Source: Vitrella brassicaformis CCMP3155
Lineage: Eukaryota; Protista; Chromerida
Assembly: GCA_001179505.1 (NCBI GenBank)
Contig: CDMY01000268.1
Span: forward strand, 77,841 to 141,840
Reading direction: 5' to 3'
DNA: 64,000 nucleotides
Part shown: piece after piece, positions 27,496-39,592 of the stretch
Numbering within the stretch: position 1 is the stretch's first letter
Layout of the letters: every line of letters begins with the position of its first letter
Translations under genes and position numbers: made by a program
Notes under the pieces: generated by a model
Databases searched by the model: none
Told to the model about the DNA's origin: nothing
What the model saw: the letters and a program-made list of their open reading frames with translations, nothing else

Positions 27496-28118
27496 CATTC
27501 TGCGCGTATATGAGCTGCTGAGCTCGAGCGACACAGCAAGCTGAGAACGGCTGTCCGGCGGCCATGTTATGTACATATTTGCGAATTTTTCCAAGGGGAT
27601 TTGAGGGCTTATAGAGGCCAGCAAAACATGCACGCAGAGTGACAAAATGACCTCCCGCATGTCATTGAATGCAGCTGTCATTGAGTGCATGTGTATGGAT
27701 GTCGATCACACATGTCCGTACAAAATAAAGCAATGGTGGGATACACAATCAGTCATTGAGTGTCTGATTCTGTGTCTCTCTCTTCACTGAGACATTCGCA
27801 TGACTTTGTTCGACCAAAACAGACGAGAAACAGACAAAAAACTGTTGGCACAAAAGTTTGATAGGCGACAACACACACAGACATTAATACATAGACACAC
27901 ACAGACCGACACACAGTCGACTGCCGCATGGATGAGTGAATGCACGTTCTGCCGGAAGTCGACGAATCAGTTGTATGGCGAACACGGCCGCTGCATACAA
28001 CAAAGCAGGAATGTCCATCACACTCAACCTGCACAAACGCACACACACGCACACATGCACACACATGTTTGGAGACACCAACATCGACAAACGGGCGTGG
28101 TGATTCTCTTGGTCTTAT

Positions 28119-28586
28119 TCACTGAGAACTGAGATGAGCCTCTGAGTTGACCAAGTCCGTAAAGCTCTTGACATTCTCGTGTGGGTGGGAAGCCGCACTC
28201 GGTGCTTGAGGCGGGTGGGGCAGCGCTGCGCGACACGCCAAAGCAGATGCTCCAGCAGACGCATGCAGGCGTGCAGGGCACAGATGCCTCGTCCATGACG
28301 AAAGCTGCCCGCCCGCCGCCGCTGGAGGGCCGGTGGGCACACGGCAAGTGAGGTCGCCGACCTTGATCATGGGCACTGCGTCCTCAGTCGCCGGGGCGCT
28401 TGCGACAGCTCGTTGGTCGAGGAAGTCGACAAAGCAGTCGTAGGCAAGAGGAGGCTGATGTCTGCAGCTGTTGCCGCACGAGCACCCTCGCGTCGTGTGC
28501 GGGGCAGGACGCCGTGTGGCTTGAGCTGCAGCAGCTTGACCAGGTCCGACACGACAGCAGACGACTGCCCGTCACAGCCAACCTGC

Positions 28587-28620
<34 letters not shown>

Positions 28621-29399
28621 CACAATTCCATCCATCCATCCACCCATCTGTCCATCCATCACTGCTTGCAGTGTGTGCCATAATGTCTCCTTCACTCACG
28701 GCTTTTGTGTCGGGGCGGGGCTGATTGCCATAGACCTTGGTATGAGCGATGCGAGCACGTAGGTCGAGCTCTCGCTCCTGCTTTTGCAGTGCGATGGCTC
28801 GCCCGGTGGGGTGGGCGGCTTCGGCGGCACCTCTTCCTCCTCTTCTATCTCGTCGACGGGCCCGTCGTGCATATCCTCGTCCACCTCATCGTCCCATCCC
28901 CTGCCCTCTCCCCCCAGACTGCCTCGTCCCCGCTTCTTGGCCGTGCCGACCTCAGCATCGCCGTCCTCTCCCCCCTCCATCTCGTCCAGGTCGGCGTGGC
29001 GGTTGGCCTCCTGCCCGTCGTCCAGCTGGTCCATCAGGGCGTCGTCCTCCGCCCCTTCGCCAGCATGCTGATGGACGTCAGGCTCCGAATGACGGTCGGA
29101 CTCGTCATCTGAACGGTGAAAGAGGTGCAGTGAGTGATTGAGTGAATGAAGTCGCAGTGCAAGAGTGAAATGACTGACAATCATTGCTTACCGTGCGACT
29201 CCGCCTTCAGGCGCTTGTTCGCGCCTGAGTGAGAGGCAGACACATGGACAAGTGAATGAATGGTGTCGTTGAACAGTGCTGCTTCTCTCTCTTGGTTTCT
29301 CTGCTCACCGGTTGTCAATGAGCGGCTGCGCTTTTTGGGTGGCTGATAGGCAGATGTGAAAGGCTTTCCTCTGAGGCCTTTCCTCTTCTTTGGACCCAT
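28119..29399 (-). pseudogene. Degenerate basic/acidic protein gene, possibly a decayed DNA-transposase relic
   Basis: Spliced N-terminus MGPKKRKGLRGKP..PKKRSRSLTT|GANKRLKAESH|DDESD..acidic tract. Several frameshifts follow; one frame gives ICALHACMRLLEHLLWRVAQR. Flanked by imperfect inverted similarity (27541-27581 vs 30231-30282). Confidence 0.4.
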
Positions 29400-29580
29400 G
29401 GTGGCTTAGAATACACAGAGAACGCCTTAGAAGGATACCAACGCTCTTTATTGCTCCTGTCCTGCAGCTGCTTGCTGTAAATGCATGCGTCAGGGTGGGG
29501 GTGGGGGGCGCCTCTGCAAGCTCCGTCTCAAGTGGATGCTTTTCCGCCATCGCCTCTGATGGATCTCTTCCATACATACA

Positions 29581-30210
29581 CGTATACATGACATGGCCGT
29601 CGAAAAATGCTAACAACTCAACGGCCTGTGGGTCCCAGGCCACGATTCTCGGTGAGCAGACGCTTCACTCACTTCCCCACATATATAGCGTGGGGATTCC
29701 CGAGAAATGCCTTCTGTGTGGACTTCTCCTTAGGTCGACGTGACGATCTATGTGTCCATCGACACAAAAGCGCTGTGTCCTCGGCTGCTTCTTGGCCAAT
29801 CGGCCTGAAACTCGGCATAGGAAGGCCCCTGAGGGTGCCTGACAACCGACAGAACTCGGATTTTGGCGATGGGTGTTGTGTGTGGAGAAGCTGGTGGGTC
29901 GATATATACGTACACATGACATGGCCGTCGAAAAATGCTAACAACTCGATGGTTTGTGGGTCCCAGGCCACCATTCTCGGTGAGCAGACGCTTCACTCAC
30001 TTCCCCACATATATAGCGTGGGGATTTCCGAGAAATGCCCTCTGTGTGGACTTTCCCTTAGGTCGACGTGACGTTCCGTGTGTCCATCGGCACCAAATCG
30101 CTAACAACTCATCGGCTTCTTGGCCAATCGGCCTGAAACTCGGCATGTGAGGTCCTCTCACCAAGACGGAAATTTATAGCGTGGGGATTTCCGAGATATG
30201 GTCTGTGTGT
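29581..30210. repeat. Direct tandem repeat, ~328 bp period, two copies plus a partial third
   Basis: catgacatggccgtcgaaaaatgctaacaactc...ccccacatatatagcgtggggat...ggccaatcggcctgaaactcggcat starts at ~29587 and ~29915; tatagcgtggggatttccgaga recurs at ~30176. Confidence 0.9.
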
Positions 30211-30329
30211 GGCTGGAGGGCCTCACGCCATACAAATATGTAACCGACGTGTACAAGGTGGCCGTTGAACAGAGCCTCTCAGTTTGAAGTCGAGTGAGAC
30301 AGTGAGGCTGTCGTTTCCTTCTGCCTGTC

Positions 30330-32600
30330 GATGGTGTTTTGTAGTACTTCCGAGCTGTTTGCAGTGTTTTTTCATCATAGCTGAAGACACACAGCGATGC
30401 GACAGAATGAGATGTTACAGATGCCCGGCAGAGACGGCCAATCGCTTTATTGTCGAGTGAGGTGTTCGCTGTGTGTGTGGCGATGTGATGGTGACGCGCA
30501 GATATGGAGAATGGTGACGTTGCTTTGCTGTGAATGTCCTGACTGATGCCGGTGTGTGATAGTGCTGGCTGCATTCACTGCAGGTTGCATTTGAGGATCA
30601 GATACTGCAGTGTCACGTCTGTGTTGTCCATCCAATCGTGTGCGCGGGGAACCCTGACTGACCCACACATCCATCGATCCCACTGTCTGACTCTCTATCT
30701 CTCTGTCTGTGTGTGTGTAGGTTGTTCCGTCAGCGTGACGGCTGTGAGCTGATGGGAAGGGTCATCATTACGGGTGACGATGAGGACCCCGGCGTGGCCG
30801 GTATGCGCCTGGGCACACACACACAACACCCACGGCACACGATTGAATGTGTTGTGTGTGCGCCGTGTGTGTCTGTGTGTCAGTGTTCGGCTTCAGCGAG
30901 CTGCACTCGACCAAGCCCCCATTCCTCTCATTCAAGGCACCACCACCACCAGCAGCCCCACCACAGCCGGCAACGGTCAATGTCGATGTCAATGTGACCA
31001 TGACGCCATCTCCCGCTCCCTCCCCTGCTGCTGTGGCTGGTGCTGCGACAGTGGCTGGCCCGGCCCCCATCCAGCAGCAGCAGCAGCAGCACACGAGTGG
31101 AGAGGACAAGAGCTCGGTGGGGGACTCCCTTCTGATGACACCTGCTGCTGCCAAGACCGATGAACATTCGCCCCCTGGGCCGCTCCGCCTCCCCGACAAC
31201 GGGCGAGAGAGAGACCGGCCAGTGTCGACTATGATGCAGCCAACTGTACCTTTATCGTCATCCCCTGTGCGCCAACAACGGCCGCTGCAGCTGTCAGCCA
31301 GCGATCTCTCTGTGCCGCTGTTCGGTCGACGTGGCCTCTTCTTGGAGACAGGGAGGGAGAGCTCATCGGGGGAGGTTGAGGGCTCCATATGGTATGAGGC
31401 GCGCTTCCGTGCTCGGGCCGACAGGATGCCCGGCCGTCGTCGGGCTATGTCGCTGCTCACCTACCAAACCAAGACATCCAGAAGTTCCCGAAGTGAGCAC
31501 TCACCCTCTACACACAAACACACACACACGGATGGTTACATTGTAGCATCTCTCCCCCTCTCTCTCTCTGTGTGTGCGATGTGTGTGCAGCGGTCCGGAG
31601 TGGGAGCCGCGTGACGGTGCTGCCGACGATCTTCGAGCGGGAGACTTCCGGCCGGGCGGATGGCACTAGTGAGCCCGCGGCAGCACCACCAAGTGACGAC
31701 ACATGCGGCAATGGGGACGATACGCAGCAACAGCACAAAGCCGAAGACAGCACTGAGGTTTTCTTTGATGTCACATGATGGTGGATGGATGAGACGAGGG
31801 CTCTTTCTTGCGTGCATGGGTGGCGGATGAGCGTGTGTGGGTGTGGGTGAGTGGGTCAGGTGGTGCGGCTTATCCACGTCATTCACCCATGGTATGACGT
31901 GTCTGACGAGTCTTTTTGGATGCGGCCAGCCATTCATTCACCGGTCCAATGGATTGCTTCGATGAGTCACTTACTTGTGTGTCCTCAAACGTCCCCAGGT
32001 CACATCGGATGACTACGCATACACGGACACGGACACGCACACACACACACACACACACACGTGTGCATAAAAAGCCATTTGGATGTCATCTGATGGACGT
32101 CTCTCTCACACCGTCTGTCTATCTGCCTGTCTGCCTGCACCTATGTGGCGTGGTGTGTCCGCATATCGGATGAGAGCCAAACGGCGGCTTGTATGGTTCA
32201 TGCGCACGGCACATGGCCGGCCAGCAGACATAGACATCTCTAAAGCGTGTCGACTATCGCACAGGGGATAAGGTAACAAAAGCAAAGCGACGCCGCTGTC
32301 ATGATGAGTCAATCACGGAAATCGACACCATTCTAGCTTTGTGTGCTCACACCGCACACAGAACGAAAACGCTCCACGACAAAAAACCAATTGCTTCTCT
32401 CTGCCGGGCAGCTACATGCTCATCCAGGTCATCCATGGCATCTATGGAAAAATGCTGCCGTTGTTGTCTGCGCGTACGCGTCGCCATCACTTGTCACACA
32501 CAAACACGCCCACACGACAAGAAAGTCACCAATCGTCTCTGCCGGCAGCTACAACCTGCCAACAGCACTGAAGCACTATACAACACCACACACAGACAGA
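30330..32600. repeat. Degenerate ~150 bp inverted repeat pair (30330-30505 and 32460-32600) bracketing gene X1
   Basis: tggtgttttgtagtacttccgagctgtttgcag and gcccggcagagacg...gtgatggtgacgcgcaga match the reverse complement of 32460-32600 (tggtgttgtatagtgcttcagtgctgttggcag; gccggcagagacg...gtgatggcgacgcg). Confidence 0.6.
30713..31778 (+). CDS. Low-complexity protein of unknown function, gene X copy 1 (5' end uncertain)
   Basis: Exons LFRQRDGCELMGRV.., ..RESSSGEVEGSIWYEARFRARADRMPGRRRAMSLLTYQTKTSRSSR|, and a final exon ending KAEDSTEVFFDVT-TGA. A paralog at 37.6-38.85 kb has the same splice sites. Confidence 0.6.
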
Positions 32601-33148
32601 GGGACAGGAAAGCCCACACTCAGCAATGATTTCGTGCAGAATAAAGGAAGGAAGAAAGAGGGCATTTGAGCCTCATACGAACGTGGAAGACACAATCAGA
32701 CGAGACACGCTCGGGCAGGCTGTCAACTGACATTCACTCTACCGCACAAAGCAACCAGCTACGGATCTCTGACACGGGCACACACACGACACATGGACAC
32801 CGAAGCCGACCAGAGGTATGCCTCATGTTTCCCTCAGTCACGATATTGAAAAAGAGAAGCAAGATTCATGAAGACAATGGCGTGAATTGATCCGCTGCGA
32901 TTGGCCCACTCGTCGTCAATCATTGTCAGTGGGTTCAGAAATTGAGGCACTCGCAAGTGCGTCGCATCAGTGAGAGAAAGTGTGGCCCCTACCGGCAGGA
33001 AGAGGCGGATGGCTCAAGCAGACCCACACCATGTGGCTGTCATATGATGGACGGCTGCTCTGCGGACACACCACACCACGAAGGGGAAAAAAGCATAAAG
33101 CTGGATAATAATAATAATAATAATAGTAAAAGCACCACACATTCATGC

Positions 33149-36100
33149 TCACACCAATGTCAGCACCTCCACTTCATCAGCCATAAACTCCTCACTGCCC
33201 CCAAAGAGAGCATAGCCATAGTCATTCCTCACCCCCACATAGCCATCAGGCACAACCCAGTTGAGGATGAGCTGACGGCAGCTGCGCACATCACCAGCAG
33301 CGCCACCCTCATAGCCCAAACACAGCCACACACCGATCCACAGCTTCGCCCCATCCACTGTCCCCTCCCGCCCGGCCACACACACTCTCCATTTGCCCTC
33401 CCACACCTTGGTCGGTCCCTTGGCGAAGTGGCCGGCCAGCGAGAAATACCAAACATCACACTCGTAGCCGTTCTCGCCTCTCGGGTCGTCGGGCAGCCTG
33501 ATGCCGGCACTGATGAAGGCACTGAAGACGTACTTGTCCCTTCGGATGACGAACACCAGGCCGGTCGCATCGCCCACACACCGAAAAAGGTCATCAAATG
33601 ACGGCCCATCACGCGAAGCCCTGAGGAAGAGAGAAAGAGAAAGAACAGACACACACACGCGCGCGCAGACAGACAGATTAAAGTGATGGACGAAATCGAT
33701 GGTACGGCAACCGCACCTGTAGATGAGCTTCAGTCTCCTCGCAGTTGTCGGTCCAACGAAGCGACAAAGTGCTGCCGACTGAAGGGCATCGAAAGTCGCA
33801 CCCTCGATCACCTGCAGCGACAAACAACAGGACGTCGATGCCGCTCTCTCTCGCCAATGTGTGTATGACCTTGAGTGAGAGCAGTGACCGGCCGTGGACA
33901 CGAATGACCTCCACCTCATCGGCCATGAAGTGCTCACTGCCCCCAAACAGAGCACCGCCATCCTCATCCCTCACCCCCACATAGCCATCAGGCACATCAT
34001 CGATGGGATCATCGCTGGAGATGAACTGACGGCAGCTGCGCATATCATCAGCAACGCCCCCCTCATCGCCCAACCAGAGCCCCACACCAAGCACACCGAT
34101 CCACAGCTTCGCCCCACCCACTAATCCCCCCCGCTCGGCCACGAACACTGGCCATTTGCCTTCCCACAACTTGGTCGGTCCCTTGGCAAAGTGACCGCTC
34201 AGAGAAAAAAACCACACGTCACAGCCGTACGTGTTGTAGCCTCTTGCGTCGTCGGGCAGCTGCAGGCCACCGCTGATGAAGGCGCCGAAGACGTACTTGT
34301 CCCTGCGGATGACGAACACCAGGCCACTCGTGTCGCCCACACACCGCAGCAGATCGCCATACTCTGCGCCGTCACGCGAAGCTCTGAGAACATCAGAGGC
34401 GACAGAGAACGACACATGATTGATTGCAGTGTCTGTGATGTGGTTTGTGCGTCGCACCTGTACAGCAGAGTGAATTCACATTCGTCGAACATGGCGAGCG
34501 CCAAGACGGAGTGGAGGGCCGCACACTCAGCCTCACTCAGACTGCTGCCAGCGACCACCTGCACACACAGAGAGGGAGGTGAGGGCAATTGTGATGCTGC
34601 AATCACCCCATGGGCATTCTCTCTCTCACCTGAGGGTCGGGCGATTGGTTGTCCCCGTCTGTCGTGCTGCGACTTGAGAGAGCCGTAATGTCATCTGGCA
34701 CACCGTCAGACACACTAATCGCATCACCATCGTCCTGACAGCAAGAATGACAACAAGTGAATTGCGGCCCTGTTTGTCTGCGTCGCGTCAGTCTGACCTC
34801 TGCTATGTCACTGAGGCGATCGTCGGCGGTCATTGTGAATACAGACTTGACCGATGAACGGGACAGCACCTGCACACACAAACTCACAATGCCTCCCCGT
34901 CTGTGTGGGTGCCCATTTCACTGCTTTTCACTGACCACCGACGGCGGGCCTTCTCGGTGGCTGCGTGTATCAGTCCTGTGGATCTTGTTTGGCGGCCTCT
35001 CATTGGTCAGTCGACTCTCTGACGGCGCCATCTGAATGGCAAAATAGACGGGCAGAAGAAGCTGTCACGTACACAGATGGATGACCGGTCTTGTCTTACT
35101 TACGCTTATGGTGTTTCGGTCTGACGTCTGCGATTGCTCGTCGAGGGGCCGATTGCTGGCAGCAGCATCGTCGTCTGGTGGGCAGGTGGTGGTCTGCAGC
35201 CAGCCAAGTCCAGACAGACAAAAGGCCTCAGTTGCTGCTGTGGTGTCAGCGCGCTGAGTGCATTACCTGTCGGCTGACGCCAGGGATCGGTCCGATGAAT
35301 CGATCCGCCTCCCGACTTGCAGCAGCAGCAGGAGCTGAGTGTGCTGCCGACTGGTGAGTGAGGGGCCTGGGTGGGGGATGGGGGTGGGGTGGCTGCATAG
35401 CCGACACAGGCGCCTCCTCTGGGGTCTGAAACGAAAAGCAGTCGGGAGAGTGCCTTAAGAGTGTCTAGTTGCGCCTCACCTCCTGGACAGCCGCGTCGAG
35501 CTCGTGCTCGCCCGGCGACTGCACACAAAGACAATCATGATGCTTCGGGACTCGGTCATCTGATGTACACGCACTCTTTCCCTTCTTACTGTCCTGGCAT
35601 TGGTGCCGTCAGTGCCTCCTCCTGCTGCTGCTGCAGCGACAGGTGGCTCAGAAGACGGCAAAGGAATCTGAGGAGGCAGACATGAATCGTCAGAGGGCGA
35701 ATCTCTCACTGCGGGCACTCTGTCTGTCTACCTGCATATCGTTCGTATCCTCAGCGAGAAATGGTGCCGGTGACTCAGACGGCCCGGGAGGATCCTGAAG
35801 AGATAGGGGGCACGCAGACAATGAGAAATCGATGAACCCTGGATCTGTGAGAGTGATTTGCTGTCTGTCCCACCTGCTGGCACCGCTTCCTGAAGGCCTT
35901 AATCCACGAGTCGCTCGCCGAGAAGCCAGTGATGCCCAGCCGGATGGCAGTCGCGACCGCCTTGGTCCTGATGGCCTTCGGGGGGACCTTCGAGGGGTCC
36001 TCATGGCCGGCCATCCACTGCCGCATCTCGTCCTCGATCGGCTGGTACTTGGGCTGTCTGTTGCGCTTCTTGTTTGAGTCGATGACTTCTACGCCTGCCT

Positions 36101-37070
36101 CTCTCTGCTTCTTGATGTCAATGCACCACTGCTTAAATCTGGCAGGCGGGATGCCATTCTCCTTGGCGAACTGAGGCATCGAGATGGCCTCTCCGTCTCG
36201 CTGGCGCCTCTCAAACTCACTCACAAGCTGCAGCCGCTCGCCGATTGTCACCTCATCTGCATTCTTTCTGCACGCCTGAATGTGAACACACAGACATGGC
36301 GGCGACGAGGAGTTGCACGTGTCGGAGAGTGGGTGGATCCTTCTACCTGGGAGTCTGATCGGTGGCCTGTTCGTCGTGATGTGTCCACAGACGTGGCACG
36401 ACGACGTGATGATCTGCGCTGCAAAGTGCGGGGTGTGGGGTGATGCTAACAATACACATACGAACACTGACAGATAGAGTTGCTGACAAAAGGAGAGTGC
36501 ATACCTCAGCAGCGGAATGAGTGTGCCGGGTACGCGGCAATGGGTAGAGTGGTGGCCGGCCCGTCGTCGCCGCGTAGGTGACAACTGAAGACAACACAAC
36601 CGACCAACGATGAGCTGCAACAGACTGATGATTATGTAGCTTACCGTCGAGCGAGTCCGTCGGGACTCCCAAACATACCCCCGCAGCCACATCGGCAGCG
36701 ATCTGCTCGAGAAAAAATTGAGGCCACCCCGGTGGCGGCTGCAGATACACACACACGAGGACCGACAGATGTGAGGCAGACAGAGAGCACCATAATGTGC
36801 ACCTGGAGAGCAGCAGCCGTGTCACCACTCAGCCCAGCACCGAGGGCAGCCTGAGAAACAATCGTCACACGCCAATCAAAGTGGTGCCATAAGAATCATT
36901 GCACCTTACCTGCGGCTCATCGCCGTCGTGATGCCCTTCCTCGACAGCCCTTGGCCCATCACACTGGACAACCAAACGACAAGCAACACACAGAGAGATG
37001 ATTAGGTGAAAGAGTGATGAGTGGCAAGACAACACGTCACCTGTGTGTGAAGGTTGCCAGGGTCGCTCAT
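33149..37070 (-). CDS. CENP-B/pogo-type double HTH + linker + 2x TLDc protein, copy B
   Basis: HTH exon 35874-36275 (402 nt, same length as copy A; EVTIGERLQLVSEFE..FSASDSWIKAFRKRCQQ). Same linker exons (VLSRSSVKSVFTMTADDRLSDIAE). Two TLDc domains ending ADEVEVLTLV-stop. Putative start MSDPGNLHTQ is uncertain. Confidence 0.75.
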
Positions 37071-37095
37071 CGTTTGCGCTCTTTTCCTCGAAGCA

Positions 37096-37470
37096 ATGGG
37101 ATGCGATCGGCGGGAAGGTGGGAGGCTCAGCTCGCTGACGCCCGATGAAGCTGTGGGCGATAGCGTGACTGTCTGTGGCTGTTGTCTTGCCTGCAGGCCT
37201 TCTCGTGCGAGCAGACGGCAAGATCTCCCCAATCTGTGTGGACTGGAAGCTTCTACGCGCTGCTTTGGCTGCGTGGCTGGCGGTGGTTGTTTGTGGGCCG
37301 AATGAAGGCGACAGAGAGGTAAGAGGAGGCGGCTGCTTCTCACCTGGTGTTCACTGTCGGTTAGGCTCGTGGCAGAGTTATGGGACGGTCGCACTGCCAT
37401 TGGTTTGCCGTGAAGAATGCACCATGACGGTCTCACACACACAGATGACAGAGAGAGAGAAAGGGATGGG

Positions 37471-37501
<31 letters not shown>

Positions 37502-38849
37502 GGATGTATTGTAGATGTGCGTGATCTGCCCAAGGCGACCGGCGCGCAAAGTCCCATCTCGCGACCGATCAGGTAAGTGAGTCCATCCATCCTTCCCTCC
37601 CTCTCTCTGTCTGTGTATGCAGGTTGTTCCGTCAGCGTGACGGCTGCGAATTGATGGGACGAGTCAGCACCCCATTGCCGGCGTGGCCGGTAAGGACCCA
37701 CTCCCCCTCCCACTAAGCCCCCATTTCTCTCCTTCAAGAGCCTCATCGCCCCGTCGCAGCCGCCAGCACAGTCATCACAGCAGCACACCGACAACGACAG
37801 CGGCAACACAACAACAGCAGAATCAGCACCAGCCCCACCACAGCCGCCACAGCCGGAAACGGTCAATGTCGATGTCAATGTCACCATAACGCCCTCCCCG
37901 TCCCCTGCTGTCCCTGCTGCTGGTGGTGGTGGTGGTGACGGTGCAGATCCTTATCTCTGTGAAGACGTCCCAGCGGCAGCACCACCGCCACAGCACCCAC
38001 AACACGCCCCTGCTGCAAGTGTGACAGCCACAGCAGCAGAGATTGGTGGGCTCGGTGACGACGACACGGCATCGCTGACCGACAAGGCCGCCCCTGAGCC
38101 TGCCGTCGCTGTGGCTGCTGCAGCTGCTGCTGCGACAGTGGCTGGCCCGGCCCCTATCCATCAGCAGCAGCAACAGACGAGTGGAGAGGACAAGAGCTCA
38201 GCGGGGGACTCCTTTCTGATGCCGCCTGCTGCTGCAAAGACCGATGACCATTCAGACGATGACCATTCGTCCCCTGGGCCCCTCCACATCCCTGACAACG
38301 GGCGAGAAAGAGACCGGCCAGTGTCGACTATGATGCAGCCGACTGTACCGTTATCGTCATCCCCAGTGCGCCAACAACGGCCACGGCAGCTGTCGGCCAG
38401 CGATCTCTCTGTGCCGTTGTTTGGTCGACGTGGCCCCTTGCTGGACGGAGGGAGAGAGAGCTCATCGGGGGAGGTGGAGGGCTCTTTATGGTATGAGGCA
38501 CGATTCCGTGCTCGGGCCGACAGGATGCCCGGCCGCCGTCGGGCTATGTCGCTGTTTACCTACCAAACCAAGACATCAAGGAGCTCCCGAAGTGAGCCCT
38601 CACCCCCTACACACACATGGATGGTGATATCATCCCTCTATCTCTCCCTGTGTGTGTGCAGCGGTCCGGAGTGGCAGCCGCGTGACGGTGCTGCCGACGA
38701 TCTTCGAGCGGGAGACTTCCGGCCGGGCGGATGGCACTAGTGAGCCCGCGGCAGCACCACCCAGTGACGACACATGCGGCAATGGGGACGATACGCAGCA
38801 ACAGCACAAAGCCGAAGACAGCAATGAGGTTTTCTTTGATGTCACATGA
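37096..38849 (+). CDS. Low-complexity protein of unknown function, gene X copy 2
   Basis: Paralog of 30713-31778 (GEVEGSLWYEARFRARADRMPGRRRAMSLFTYQ; ends EVFFDVT-TGA). Possible extra 5' exons (MGCDRREGG.., GLLVRADGKISPICVDWKLLRAAL, DVRDLPKATG..) are less certain. Confidence 0.55.
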
Positions 38850-39592
38850 TGCTTTGCTGGGTGGACTGCGTGTATGCATGGCAGAGCAGAGAGTCAGTCA
38901 GGTGGTGCGCTGTATCCATCCGTCCGTCCGTCTGTGCCGTCATTCACTCGTGGCATGACTGACATGTCTGGCGAGTGAGTATTTTTTGATGCAGCCAGCC
39001 AGCCATTCATTCAGTGGAAGGATTGTTTCCATGAGTGACTTACTTGTGTGTCCTTAAACGTCCCCGATGAACACATACACAGACGCACACACACACACAC
39101 GCGTGTGTGCACAAAATGCCATTTGGCTCATCCAATGGACGCCTCTCTCACACCATCTGTCTGTCTGTCTGTCTGTCTGCCGTATGCGGACACACCACAT
39201 CGCACCAAATCAATCAATAATGAATCTCTCTGTGTCGTCATTATTCATTCATCAGTGGCTTTGCCCTGCAGCGGCAGAAATATTTTTTGATGAAGCCCAT
39301 GGACTCACAATGGACCACACCTGCGTGTCCTTGAAGTGTGGGCGTCCTTAAGTGGCCACATGGGACGACTACACACACACACCAGCCATCTGTCTCTCAT
39401 CTGATGGACGTCTCACCCACACACTGTCTGTCTGTCTGTCTGCTTTATCTGCGGACAGACCACATCGCACCAATGACGTGGACACACCGAACACAGAGGG
39501 CCGAGAACAGAGAGGCCTCACAGCTGAATAAAGGCAATACGCAGACAGCCATCCGAGACCCCTCAAGTAATCTGACCTTTCGGGCCTCACAC

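Noticed and set aside
29187-29208. Perfect 8-bp hairpin TCAGGCGC/GCGCCTGA
   Set aside because: Short, GC-rich and overlapping a coding exon and acceptor; plausible by chance.
29581-30210. CRISPR-like or tRNA-like array
   Set aside because: Units are ~328 bp near-identical duplicates with no repeat-spacer structure or cloverleaf, and the context is eukaryotic.
33104-33126. (AAT)n run giving a poly-Tyr or poly-Asn ORF
   Set aside because: Simple repeat in the 3' flank of copy B.
37070-37096. Start codons of copy B and gene X2 only 25 bp apart
   Set aside because: Both starts are uncertain manual calls and at least one may be wrong; not reportable without TSS data.
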